A stretch of 64,000 bases of DNA from Flavobacteriales bacterium. Lineage in GTDB: Bacteria > Bacteroidota > Bacteroidia > CAIKAF01. Below the pieces are notes generated by a model. It made no database searches and had not been told where the DNA came from. It saw only the letters and a program-made list of their open reading frames with translations. This document shows positions 10,371-20,300 of the stretch, in pieces. Position 1 is the first letter of the stretch; the number at the start of each line of letters is the position of its first letter. The translations under genes and the position numbers were made by a program. The stretch lies in assembly GCA_025055635.1 (NCBI GenBank), contig JANWWQ010000006.1:1116-65115 (forward strand). Direction: 5' to 3'.

Positions 10371-11123
10371 TCATAGGGAACCTTCAAAGTAAAAAGTCAG
10401 AAGCAGCATACGGGAATAGAGCCGCTCAATGGAAGCTGAATACATGTGCTTTTCAGGGTATTTTACATTTAAAAATCCCCAGGACACCCGCAAACTGGGT
10501 GAAAACTTAAAGTATTGCAGGTAAAAATCGATGCCCCAACCCAATTCGTAGGAAAGGTCGTTGCGGCGTAGCTTCAAAAGGTTGCCCCCTTTGTCGTCCG
10601 TACCGGCCTTTGAGGAGAGGTCAAAAGAATATTTGACACCTGTATCCACGAAAACCCTCACGTTGTTCAGCCTGGCTGATTTGAAACGCAATATCAGGGG
10701 CATCTCCAAGTATGTTGATTCAACACCTTTATGGACATCATAAATCAGCGAAGTGGTATCCACAGTTTGCCGGATGGTATATCGGAACTTACGTGAGCCG
10801 AATGATAGGCTGGGCAGAAAGCGAAAGTTGATGTACTCGTGAATTTTCAGATTACCCAGCAGACCCATGGTAAAGCCTCCCTGATTCTGCAGCTCAATGC
10901 GGTACACACTGTCCACCATACCCGGATTGGCCACCGGACGAATGCCCATTGGCATGGTATTCACCCCCAAGTGGAACCCGAAATAAATGGTCTTACGATC
11001 CAGTTTAGGCAGGTTAAGCGGCTTGGTAAAACGCTGGGCAAGAAGGAAATCGTTCCCCTGCAATACAGAAAACACTCCGGCCCAAAAAAGGCAACGCCAA
11101 GACCGGTGCATGGATGCCGCCAA
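10371..11123 (-). CDS. porT: PorT family outer-membrane beta-barrel (type IX secretion)
   Basis: Signal peptide, FGFHLGVN, RFLPSLSFG, GIDFYLQYFKFSP, terminal FYFE; downstream of ubiE/menG as is usual in Bacteroidota. Start may be the later ATG (MHRSW). Confidence 0.8.
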   Translation of the reverse strand: MAASMHRSWRCLFWAGVFSVLQGNDFLLAQRFTKPLNLPKLDRKTIYFGFHLGVNTMPMGIRPVANPGMVDSVYRIELQNQGGFTMGLLGNLKIHEYINFRFLPSLSFGSRKFRYTIRQTVDTTSLIYDVHKGVESTYLEMPLILRFKSARLNNVRVFVDTGVKYSFDLSSKAGTDDKGGNLLKLRRNDLSYELGWGIDFYLQYFKFSPSLRVSWGFLNVKYPEKHMYSASIERLYSRMLLLTFYFEGSL

Positions 11124-11146
11124 AACAAAAAAATAAATTTACAAAC

Positions 11147-11866
11147 TTATTTAATAGCTCTGTATAAAGTCACCACCCCATGGCTGAGTGGCCGGAGGAT
11201 CACTTCCCTCCAGCCATTGTCTTCCAGGATGCGGCAGAATGCTGCACCGGAAGGAAAAGCCGCCACCGATTCGTAGAGATATTTATAGGCTTCGTAATTA
11301 CGCGCCAAACAGGCGCCTAAACCCGGAACCACAAAGCGGTTGTATATATCAATCACTTTGCGCCAGAGTGGAGAAGCAGGTCTTGAAAATTCAAGGACAA
11401 AAAGACTACCTCCGGGCCTTGTGACCCTGTGCATTTCGCGCAGTCCCAGGGCTATGTTTTCGAAATTGCGCACCCCAAAGGCCGCCGTTACCACATCAAA
11501 AGAGTCATCCTTAAAAGGTAAAGCCATTGCGCTTCCTTCCACGAATTGAGGTGGTTTCACACCCTTCACGAAACGCGCGCACGCTTTCTCAAGCATTTTC
11601 TTGCTAATATCAATGCCCACCACTTCAGGTACACAGGCTCTCGCAAATGCCCATGCCAAATCCCCGGTGCCTGTGGCCACGTCCAACAAACACGTAGGCC
11701 GGAGATGCAAGACTTCGTTTACCAGGACCCTGCGCCAGTATATGTCTTTCCGCAGCGACAAAATGCGATTAAGCAGGTCGTACCGCCAGGCGATATCGTC
11801 AAACATGCGACGTACCTGAGGCTCCTTGGGTAAAAGGGAACTGAAAGGTTTTATCTGTTCAGACAT
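11147..11866 (-). CDS. menG: Demethylmenaquinone methyltransferase UbiE/MenG
   Basis: MFDDIAWRYDLLN, LDVATGTGD, AFGVRNF, LEFS. Start at MSEQIK (11866) avoids overlap with trkH. Confidence 0.92.
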   Translation of the reverse strand: MSEQIKPFSSLLPKEPQVRRMFDDIAWRYDLLNRILSLRKDIYWRRVLVNEVLHLRPTCLLDVATGTGDLAWAFARACVPEVVGIDISKKMLEKACARFVKGVKPPQFVEGSAMALPFKDDSFDVVTAAFGVRNFENIALGLREMHRVTRPGGSLFVLEFSRPASPLWRKVIDIYNRFVVPGLGACLARNYEAYKYLYESVAAFPSGAAFCRILEDNGWREVILRPLSHGVVTLYRAIK

Positions 11867-11889
11867 CTGAATCTTAAAAATTGATGGCC

Positions 11890-13743
11890 TCAAGCCACGA
11901 TTATATTGGCCTGTGGATAGGCATAGCTGGTTGAAATTGCCGGACGGGCCAATGAGACAGCGAGCGTTAGGATACCTACCCTTCCCATAAACATGGCGGC
12001 CACCAGCACCCACTTAGAAGGATCGCTCAGCCCGGGAGTAATACCGGTGGAATATCCCACTGTACAATGGGCCGATACCATCTCAAAAAAGACGTTGAGC
12101 GGAGGAAGGTGAGGTTCCATTGCCATTAAAAGAAAGGTTCCGATAAAAACCACACAACCTGAAAAAAACACAATCCCAAATGATTTTCTCGCCAATTCAG
12201 GTGAGACCTGATACTTGAAGATTTCCACATTTTGCTTGTTACGAATGCTCGCTAAACCGGAAAACAACAGAATACTCATCGTGGTGGTTTTCACGCCACC
12301 GCCCGTGGAAATAGGAGACGCCCCCACAAACATGAGAAATACGAAAAATAGCAGAACTGGCGCCGAAAGAATGCTGAAATCCACCGTATTGAACCCAGCG
12401 GTGCGCGCAGAAACCGACTGGAAAAAGGCAGTTATTAATTTTTGTTCGGTAGAGAGGTATTGAAAACCATTTTTCTGCCACTGAGCAGGGTTTTGAGATT
12501 CAAAAAAATAAAATACTAAAGTTCCGGCCAGAATGAGCAAAATAGAAACATTCACAACCAGACGGGTGTGCACACGCGGTTTTTTCCAAGGGTGATTGAG
12601 CCGCTCTCTTAGCGCTTTCCAACCCCACAAATCTTGAATGACAGGAAAACCCAATCCGCCAGCAATAATTAGAAGAGCCAACACCAGCAGGAAGGTGAAG
12701 CTGGTCCTTACCCCGTCTGTGTATAAATTTTCTGAAAACAGGGAAAAACCAGCATTGTTAAAAGCACTTACACTATGAAAAATTGAGAACCACACCTTTT
12801 CCCAAAAGCCGCTGAAAGGCACATCACTGCTCCAAGTGAAAAATAATAGAACGGCTCCCAGGCTCTCAATGAACATCGTAACGAGCAAAATATCCCGCAA
12901 CATGCGCACTGTACTACTGAGGGACTCAAAACTCATAAAATCCATAACGATGGCCTGCTGACGCAGACCTATGGCGCTCCGTCCGGACAATAGAGCAAAA
13001 AATGAGGCAAAGATGATAATGTTTAAACCCCCTAACTGAATAAGTCCCAACAGCACTAGATGACCTTTAAAGGTAAAATGGGTGGCCGTATCCACCACTG
13101 TAAGGCCTGTGACACAGGCCGCACTCGCCGATGTGAAAACGGCATCGGTTAACGAGAGCCTGGCCCCTGGCTGACGCATTTCGGGCATGGAAAGCAGAAT
13201 GGCACCTCCTATTATGAGAATAACGTATGATGACACAAACAAGGTAGCCGGACGCACCTTCCAGCGGGCAATGTGTTTTCCGGCTTTCACAAGGTCCAGC
13301 GTCACCAGAAAAAGCAGAAAGACCTGTATAAATACCATGAACATTCCGCTGAAGGTGGGAATGCCCGTTTGAGTGACCAAGTAGCGGAGGAAAGGTTTGC
13401 CCACAAAAAGGACCCCGCTGGTGTCCACCAAAACGGCTAATAGCAAAAGCCCCTCCAGGGCATTTTCCCTAAAGAAACGGCGCGGCTCAAAATCAAAAAA
13501 GAATCTCAGTAAGAAGCTAAAAATGAAAAAAGCTATGCTGAACCGCATCAAAAGCAACACCCAAAATTGACTTCTTTCCGTTTGCGGGAATCCCAAGTAG
13601 TACAAAATGACGGTAATAGATAGCAAGGCTACCGTCAGGCGGAGGATTCGCAGCACCTGCAGCACAGATGACTTACTGCTGTAAATAGCCAGGTTGACCG
13701 TTTCCCGAAAACGTTGAACTGCTCTGGAAGTCATATCAGGCAA
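11890..13743 (-). CDS. TrkH/KtrB potassium uptake membrane protein with N-terminal membrane extension
   Basis: Pore-loop motifs SAACVTGL, SAFNNAGF, SARTAGFN, SAHCTVGYS; MFMGRVG. Confidence 0.9.
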   Translation of the reverse strand: MPDMTSRAVQRFRETVNLAIYSSKSSVLQVLRILRLTVALLSITVILYYLGFPQTERSQFWVLLLMRFSIAFFIFSFLLRFFFDFEPRRFFRENALEGLLLLAVLVDTSGVLFVGKPFLRYLVTQTGIPTFSGMFMVFIQVFLLFLVTLDLVKAGKHIARWKVRPATLFVSSYVILIIGGAILLSMPEMRQPGARLSLTDAVFTSASAACVTGLTVVDTATHFTFKGHLVLLGLIQLGGLNIIIFASFFALLSGRSAIGLRQQAIVMDFMSFESLSSTVRMLRDILLVTMFIESLGAVLLFFTWSSDVPFSGFWEKVWFSIFHSVSAFNNAGFSLFSENLYTDGVRTSFTFLLVLALLIIAGGLGFPVIQDLWGWKALRERLNHPWKKPRVHTRLVVNVSILLILAGTLVFYFFESQNPAQWQKNGFQYLSTEQKLITAFFQSVSARTAGFNTVDFSILSAPVLLFFVFLMFVGASPISTGGGVKTTTMSILLFSGLASIRNKQNVEIFKYQVSPELARKSFGIVFFSGCVVFIGTFLLMAMEPHLPPLNVFFEMVSAHCTVGYSTGITPGLSDPSKWVLVAAMFMGRVGILTLAVSLARPAISTSYAYPQANIIVA

Positions 13744-14728
13744 CTAAAAATGTGTGACGCGCTTCACTGCGGAGCATTTCAGGTGTTATTGCTGTAACGC
13801 CTGGTTCCTCGCACACTCTGCCCCCGGCCAGGTTGCTAAGGACAGCCATAATCTGAGGGGGCAGGCCCACAGCCAAACACAGAGCGGCCACGGCTGCCAC
13901 GGTATCACCGGCACCACTCACATCGCGCACATGGCGCTCACGGGCGGGAACCTTCAGAAGCCCTTCTTCCCAGGAAAGCCACAAACCCCTTGCCCCCAGC
14001 GTGAGCATAGTGAAGTGATGAGGCATGCGCTGCCGGCATAAGGAAAGTAAGCGCTCCACATCCTCCTCTTTAAGCTGTTTGGAGATTGAAGTTTGCAAGG
14101 CATCCTCCAATTCGCGCAAGTTGGGCTTGAAAAGTGTTACTTCTGCAAAATCCCAGAAATGGCGGCGTTTAGGATCGGCCACGACCGGAATACCACGCTC
14201 TGCACAGTGTTTTATGACGGAAGTAATTAAGGCAGAATGAAGGGCCCCTTTATCATAATCCTGCATAATCACCACATCGTAAGAAGCACTGTCCATAATT
14301 TCCTCCACGTGGCCTTGAAAGAGTTCGGCAAGCTGAGGATCGGCTTCGGTATTAACTTCTCTGTCCAGCCGAAGCATCTGGACTTGGTTGCCCATAATGC
14401 GCGTCTTTGTTGTAGTGGGGCGGTCAGGCACAGGAAGTAATTTATTCCCAATACCATGTTGTGATAGAAGGTTTTGAAGTGTGGCCCCCGCTTCATCCAG
14501 GCCGCATAGACCCGTGAGATCCACCACGGCGTTGAGACTACGGAGGTTAAGGGCTACGTTAGCGGCTCCCCCAGGCATGGAGGCAGACCCCGTCACCTCT
14601 ACAACGGGCACTGGAGCTTCGGGAGAGATACGCTCTACGCTACCATACCAATAATTATCCAGCATCACATCCCCCACTACCAAGGCCCTCACTTGCCGAA
14701 AGCTATCCAGAATACGGTCAATGTCCAA
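13736..14728 (-). CDS. D-glycero-beta-D-manno-heptose-7-phosphate kinase (RfaE domain I, PfkB family)
   Basis: VGDVMLD, RISPEAPVPV, GGAANVA, DVSGAGDT. Confidence 0.92.
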   Translation of the reverse strand: MDIDRILDSFRQVRALVVGDVMLDNYWYGSVERISPEAPVPVVEVTGSASMPGGAANVALNLRSLNAVVDLTGLCGLDEAGATLQNLLSQHGIGNKLLPVPDRPTTTKTRIMGNQVQMLRLDREVNTEADPQLAELFQGHVEEIMDSASYDVVIMQDYDKGALHSALITSVIKHCAERGIPVVADPKRRHFWDFAEVTLFKPNLRELEDALQTSISKQLKEEDVERLLSLCRQRMPHHFTMLTLGARGLWLSWEEGLLKVPARERHVRDVSGAGDTVAAVAALCLAVGLPPQIMAVLSNLAGGRVCEEPGVTAITPEMLRSEARHTFLVA

Positions 14729-14774
14729 ACCTGCTGAATTCCTAATTTCGGTGCAATTTTACAAATTGACTTCT

Positions 14775-15356
14775 GTGGAAGAAAGCTCTAGGGCAGCGGC
14801 CGAAACGTCCATAAGAGTGTTTGCAGCTATGCCGGCACCCGAGGAGGCCGTTCGGCTGGTAGAAACGCTTTCACAACAAATCCAATATCGCGGTTGGAAG
14901 TGGATGCGCCCCCACAACCTTCACCTCACTACTTACTTTATTGGAAATATTCCCGTGGAAGCCCTTCCTGAGATAGGGAAGGCTATAGGGGAGGCTTCAG
15001 TGGATGTAAAAGCTTTTGAAATTTTCTCAGAAGGATTAGTGCCCATGCCTAGTCGGCGACCCCGGATGCTATGGTGGCGATTTGCCCGCTGCAAGGAATT
15101 TTCAGCGCTACACGAAGCCCTGAAAAAGGCCTGCGAACCCTTCGTGCGCACAAAAGACCGCACACCCCAAGATCCCTGGCCCCATATCACGCTGGCACGC
15201 TTTCACGGATGCAAAATCACTGTCCTTCCTTCCCTGGACATTACTCCTTCCCTCACTAAACTCTGTGTTCGGGAATTTCAAATCTGGCAAAGTGTTCTTC
15301 TCAATGGACGAACGGATTATACGGTGACTCCTTGGCACTATACCCTGAGCCAATAA
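14775..15356 (+). CDS. thpR: RNA 2',3'-cyclic phosphodiesterase (2'-5' RNA ligase family)
   Basis: Two HxT motifs (NLHLTTYF, PHITLAR). Start uncertain; GTG 14775 avoids a head-to-head overlap. Confidence 0.85.
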   Translation: MEESSRAAAETSIRVFAAMPAPEEAVRLVETLSQQIQYRGWKWMRPHNLHLTTYFIGNIPVEALPEIGKAIGEASVDVKAFEIFSEGLVPMPSRRPRMLWWRFARCKEFSALHEALKKACEPFVRTKDRTPQDPWPHITLARFHGCKITVLPSLDITPSLTKLCVREFQIWQSVLLNGRTDYTVTPWHYTLSQ

Positions 15357-15526
15357 CAAGCATCAGACTAAAAACCATGTAGATTACCCTATGGAAAAGC
15401 TATATTTTCCTGTTTTTGGAACGCGTGGCCGCAAAAAGTTCAGAATTCGCAGCCATCGCTGGTATGTGGGTCAAATTCTTCCTATTTTGAATTGAATTTT
15501 ATTCACTGATACGGCCTATCTGCTCA

Positions 15527-16225
15527 TCAGCGCGTATCTTCTGTCTTGGATTTTAGACCTTCAGATCTTTTGCGTTCAGTACGTTCAAGCGCTTTTTGAA
15601 AGCGCCATTCCTCCACAATTCGGGGGTTGCCGGAAAGCAACTCGGAGGGTACACGCAAACCGCGCCATACTTCTGGGCGGGTATAAACCGGGGGGGCCAA
15701 TAACCCATCCTGGAAAGAATCAGTCAGGGCCGAACCTTCGTCACCGATAGCTCCAGGCAGTAGGCGCACCACGGAATCAATCAGAACAGCTGCAGCAATT
15801 TCGCCTCCCGTTAATACGTAATCCCCGATACTGATGATGCGCGTGGCATAACTGTCCACCACTCGTTGGTCTATGCCTTTGTAATGTCCGCAAACAAGGA
15901 CCAAATGACGTTTCAGGGAAAATTGGTTGGCTAATGCCTGATTCCAGGTGTCGCCCTCGGGCGATAAAAAAATAATTTCATCGGGTTGGCCTTCCTGAAG
16001 CAAGGCATCCAGTGCAGCCGCCACCGGCTCACAGCGGATCACCATTCCCCCACCTCCCCCATAAGGATAATCGTCTATTTGGCGGTATTTGCCCAGTCCA
16101 AAGTCGTGAAGATTGTGAAGGTGGATAGTTACCAGTCCTTTCTGTTGGGCCCGCCCCACGATGCTGTACTCTATAGCACTGTGCAGCAATTCAGGGACTG
16201 CCGCAACGACGTCAATACGCATCAC
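15527..16225 (-). CDS. trmD: tRNA (guanine-N1)-methyltransferase
   Basis: DDYPYGGGGGM, CGHYKGID, IGDYVLTGGE, YTRP. Confidence 0.97.
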   Translation of the reverse strand: MMRIDVVAAVPELLHSAIEYSIVGRAQQKGLVTIHLHNLHDFGLGKYRQIDDYPYGGGGGMVIRCEPVAAALDALLQEGQPDEIIFLSPEGDTWNQALANQFSLKRHLVLVCGHYKGIDQRVVDSYATRIISIGDYVLTGGEIAAAVLIDSVVRLLPGAIGDEGSALTDSFQDGLLAPPVYTRPEVWRGLRVPSELLSGNPRIVEEWRFQKALERTERKRSEGLKSKTEDTR

Positions 16226-16351
16226 TTAAAACAAAATTACACCCCATGTCGCCGGTAGGCAAAAACCTAACCATCTAAAGTGTTTAGCTTTAAACAGAGT
16301 ACAATTTGATTGGTTTAGAGGTTTCGCATTTTTCTATTCGCCTAACTCCTA

Positions 16352-18502
16352 TTACCGGACAAGGCTTAATTCTTGAATGAGGTGCGAAGCCCGTGCCCAT
16401 TTGTCTATCACCCACAGGATATATCGTGCGTCGCAGACGATGTTCCGGCAAAGGTCAGGGTGGTACATAATATCGCTCATGGTGCTTTCCCAGGCCCTGT
16501 CAAAGTTGATGCCTATCAATCGGCCTCGGGCGTCCAACACAGGACTGCCACTATTGCCTCCTGTGGTCTGGCAGTTAGTTGTAAAAGCCACGGGCAAGGA
16601 GCCATTCGGTAAACAATAAGGGCCAAAATCTTTCCGTTCCATCAGCTCCTTAACCTCCGGCAGAAGATCAAATTCGCTGTCCCCTGGTCTGTATTTTTCT
16701 AGTATTCCATGGTGGGTGGTAAGGAAGTGGTAACGGACGGCATCGCGGGGACTGTAACCCATCACTCGTCCGTAAGCCACACGCAGGGTGCCGTTTGCAT
16801 CAGGCCAATATTGACGGGCATCCGGCAGCAACGTCATCAGCCCCTCTACGTACTGGCGCATGTACTTTTCCATGGCTCTTTGCATGCGTTCGTATTCTGG
16901 GGCCACTTGCAGATTCAGAAGATGGATGATTTGCCCTGCCAGGCGGTAGATCGGATCCCGTTGCAGGGCGGCCTGGCTTTCGGCTGTGAATCGCTCTAGG
17001 AGGCTCAGCACGCGGGCCTTGTCCAGGAAAAGCGAGGAGGCCAAGTCCTCTTTCAAAGAACTGAATTCCAAATTTTTGGCAAAGCGGGCTGGCATTTTGC
17101 TCCAGAACACCGGCAAAAGGGCATGAAAAATCTGTACCTCCACCGTAGGATCAAAATTTTTGTAAAATCCTTCGGCCGAAGTTCGCAGCTTGTTCAGGGC
17201 CTCCCGCCCTTCGTTTGTATTCAGCCAGTTGACCTGGGCTTCGGCCACTTTCTGAAAGCTGTGTGCGAAGCGAGGCAAATCAGGCCCGTAATAAAGAAAT
17301 TCAATCAGGAGAGCCCGTGCCAGGGCAGCGTCCTGGTGGCGAACATATAAAACATTCAGACTGTCCAGCGCAGCAACAAAATGGGGTTTGCCAGCCAAAG
17401 AACAAGCCGTTCGGAATCGCACCTCCAATGCTTGTCTGGCGGCCACAGCCTGCAAGCGCTCCAAACCCTTTATTTCTCCTTGCCATTTCTTCCAGGCATT
17501 ACTGATGCGGGCCTCTTTAGCGGCGTATTGGATCCGAAGTGCATCAGAGTCTCTCATGGCCTGCTGCAGCACCTTCAGGACGGAGGAACGCATGTCCACC
17601 CGTGCCTTGTCCTCCACGTGCTGGATATAGGCCACTCCCGCTGAAGGAAGATATTGCTGCGTAAATCCCGGAAATCCAACCACCAAGGCAAAATCCCCCT
17701 CCTGAACACCGGCCAGGGAAATCTGCAAGTGCTTTAAGGGAGTGTAAGGTTTGTTCTGGGGACTAAAAGGGGCGGGCTTATTATCCGGACCCGCATACAC
17801 TCTGAAAAGCATAAAATCCCCATTATGCCGGGGCCACATCCAGTTGTCCGTGTCCCCTCCAAATTCCCCTATACACTGCGGCGGCGCCATCACAAGACGT
17901 ACGTCCTGAAAAACCTCAGTCACCACAAGCAGATATTGATGACCGTAAAAGAGCGACTCCACTTTGGCCTCATAATGGGTATTCTGAATGGCTTCTCGGA
18001 CGATCCTGGTGCTGTTGGTTTTTACTATTTCATCACGCCTTTCCTCGCTGTCCCCCGGCCGCCATCCCTCCAGCACCTTCTGAGTCACATCTTCCATCCT
18101 CACTACGCGCGTCACCGTCAAGCCTTTGCAAGGTAGCTCCTCGGCGCGGGTCCGGGCCACAAATCCATACTTCAGATAATCGCGTTCAAGGGAAGAGAGC
18201 GCCTGAAGATGGCTGAATCCACAGTGGTGGTTCGTGAGTAGGAGGCCTTCGGGGGAAATCAACTCCGATGTGCATCCCCCTCCAAAAAGAAACACCGCAT
18301 CCTTAAGGCTCGGACGGAGGGTGCTATAAATATCGTCGGCTGTCAGCTTCATACCCAGCCGATTCATTCGGGCCTCGGGGCCTTGTCGCAACAGATGGGG
18401 CAACCACATCCCCTCATCGGCCCGAAGAGAGAAAGAGGCAACTAAACCTAGCCCAAAGAAAAACGCCTTCGTCGCGGCACCACACCGGCTTTTTACGTTC
18501 AT
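16352..18502 (-). CDS. S46 family dipeptidyl peptidase (DPP7/DPP11-like)
   Basis: ADEGMW, LTNHHC, DNWMWPRH, TGGNSGSPV, GINFDR. Confidence 0.95.
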   Translation of the reverse strand: MNVKSRCGAATKAFFFGLGLVASFSLRADEGMWLPHLLRQGPEARMNRLGMKLTADDIYSTLRPSLKDAVFLFGGGCTSELISPEGLLLTNHHCGFSHLQALSSLERDYLKYGFVARTRAEELPCKGLTVTRVVRMEDVTQKVLEGWRPGDSEERRDEIVKTNSTRIVREAIQNTHYEAKVESLFYGHQYLLVVTEVFQDVRLVMAPPQCIGEFGGDTDNWMWPRHNGDFMLFRVYAGPDNKPAPFSPQNKPYTPLKHLQISLAGVQEGDFALVVGFPGFTQQYLPSAGVAYIQHVEDKARVDMRSSVLKVLQQAMRDSDALRIQYAAKEARISNAWKKWQGEIKGLERLQAVAARQALEVRFRTACSLAGKPHFVAALDSLNVLYVRHQDAALARALLIEFLYYGPDLPRFAHSFQKVAEAQVNWLNTNEGREALNKLRTSAEGFYKNFDPTVEVQIFHALLPVFWSKMPARFAKNLEFSSLKEDLASSLFLDKARVLSLLERFTAESQAALQRDPIYRLAGQIIHLLNLQVAPEYERMQRAMEKYMRQYVEGLMTLLPDARQYWPDANGTLRVAYGRVMGYSPRDAVRYHFLTTHHGILEKYRPGDSEFDLLPEVKELMERKDFGPYCLPNGSLPVAFTTNCQTTGGNSGSPVLDARGRLIGINFDRAWESTMSDIMYHPDLCRNIVCDARYILWVIDKWARASHLIQELSLVR

Positions 18503-18844
18503 GGGCCCAAATTACAACCTCCTAACCCACTGTATATAACCTCGTGTTGTCATCGCCTCCTGATCTCCCCTGGATAGTCTTATTCTAAAGTCTGTTCGCA
18601 TTTGGAGTGCCTCTCGGATGCTTCCCCTTAGGCAGCTCCACCTTCATAATCAGAAAAACAGTAAATCATGAAATCCGGTAACAACCCCGCGGCCGGCGCA
18701 AAAGACATAAAACTCCAGGAACAGCGCCTACCCCAGCAGCACCAGTTTGCTAACCTATAAGGAAAAAACATCCTTGGTGCAAAGAGTTTTTCCGAATTTA
18801 AGCCCCAAAAGCCTTTTACTTTATCCAGAAAAAAATTTTTAAAA

Positions 18845-19010
18845 GGGCATGCCCCCTATAGGGCCGGCAAATGCCCCCGACCCCCAGGGGCCGAGCTGCT
18901 GCGGGCTGTCCCCCCGCTCCGGCAACCTTGCCACCAGGTGCAAGGCCCGCCGCCAGGCAGGGCCTGGCCTGTGGCCGCCCTCTCTACGCCTAAGGCACCC
19001 CACCCACACC
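18845..19010 (+). repeat. GC-rich multi-hairpin intergenic element (dispersed repeat, copy A)
   Basis: Palindromes GGGCATGCCC and CCCTATAGGG; hairpins GCGGG/CCCGC, CCTTGC/GCAAGG, CCAGGC/GCCTGG; similar to 58450-58537 on the minus strand. Confidence 0.6.
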
Positions 19011-19112
19011 CTTTAAAAACCTTTCCTAACAAATCCAGTCTTATATATTTACGCCCACAAAAACCTTTTCGCCATCGCCACCGCCCTTTCCAAAGATAAT
19101 ACGCTCCGGCTG

Positions 19113-20300
19113 ATGCTCAAGATGCTGCAGCAGGTCACCCAGGCTGTAAATGATAACTTTAGCCGCAGCCAACTCATGCGTATTTACGAAAACATTTTAC
19201 GGCAATTACCCAGTATCCGCGGAGTGGCCCTCTTTAGTCAGGAAAATAATTCCCTCAAATGTGAATTTTCCGACTGGAACATTTTTAAGCCAGAGTCTGG
19301 CTTTTCCGTGCACAACTACCTAGAGCAACTCGGGGACCTTCAATATCCCCACACACTGGAAGGAACCAGCCTACCATTTAATGTGGTAATCCCCTCATAT
19401 CACAAGGAGAAAACACTGGGCTTTCTTCTTGTGCAGCTGGCCCCTGTATCGGATGAACCCTCTGACAATGGCGAATGGTTAGAGCTGCAGACCGAATTCC
19501 TGCAAACCCTCAACAATATTGTTTTCGTGGCCTTGGAAAATAAAAAGCTGGCCAGAGAAGCCATCCGTCAGGAAGCCTTACGCAAAGAAGTGGAGCTGGC
19601 CAGCGAATTGCAATCCTGGCTTTTTCCCCAGGAAAACGAGGATCTGCCGGGCCTTTTGGTGAGCGGCACCCACAAAACCTATGAGGAAGTGGGAGGTGAT
19701 TACTACGACTTTTTTGCCCTACCCGATGGGGATGTGGCCCTTTGTATAGCGGATGTGTCCGGCAAGGGCATGTCCGCTGCCCTTCTTATGGCTAATTTTC
19801 AAGCCAATGTGCGCGCCCTTTTTCCTTTCTTGCCAGATCTTGCCCAACTCGGCCACACCTTAAATAAAAAGGTGGACCAGGCCGCACGCGGCGAAAAATT
19901 TATCACCTGTTTCCTTGCGCGCTTTGATCCGCGCAACCGCAAACTCCATTACGTTAACCTTGGCCATAATCCGCCATTTTTTCTCCATCAGGGCCAACTG
20001 CGTCAACTGGATGCCACGGCCCCAGCCCTCGGTATGATTCCTGAGCTTCCCTCTTTCTCCACCACCACCTGTGATGTGGCCACCGATGATATTCTGCTGG
20101 CTTACACCGATGGCGTCACAGAGCTTCAAAACGATGAAAATCAATTCTTTGGTTCCGACCGTCTTATGAACATCCTCCTGGAAAACACCCTTCTCACCCC
20201 ATCAGAAATTAATGCCATTGTAGCTATGCAGCTTAATACGTTCCGCGGCAACTCCCCTTTCCGTGATGATTTTGCCTTGCTCACATGCAAGTTTTTCTAA
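19113..20300 (+). CDS. PP2C/SpoIIE (RsbU-like) serine phosphatase with N-terminal GAF-like region
   Basis: VGGDYYD, IADVSGKG, YTDGVTE, DDFALL. Confidence 0.9.
   Translation: MLKMLQQVTQAVNDNFSRSQLMRIYENILRQLPSIRGVALFSQENNSLKCEFSDWNIFKPESGFSVHNYLEQLGDLQYPHTLEGTSLPFNVVIPSYHKEKTLGFLLVQLAPVSDEPSDNGEWLELQTEFLQTLNNIVFVALENKKLAREAIRQEALRKEVELASELQSWLFPQENEDLPGLLVSGTHKTYEEVGGDYYDFFALPDGDVALCIADVSGKGMSAALLMANFQANVRALFPFLPDLAQLGHTLNKKVDQAARGEKFITCFLARFDPRNRKLHYVNLGHNPPFFLHQGQLRQLDATAPALGMIPELPSFSTTTCDVATDDILLAYTDGVTELQNDENQFFGSDRLMNILLENTLLTPSEINAIVAMQLNTFRGNSPFRDDFALLTCKFF

Noticed and set aside
18668-18760. 30-aa ORF MKSGNNPAAG...
   Set aside because: No motif, promoter context or other support
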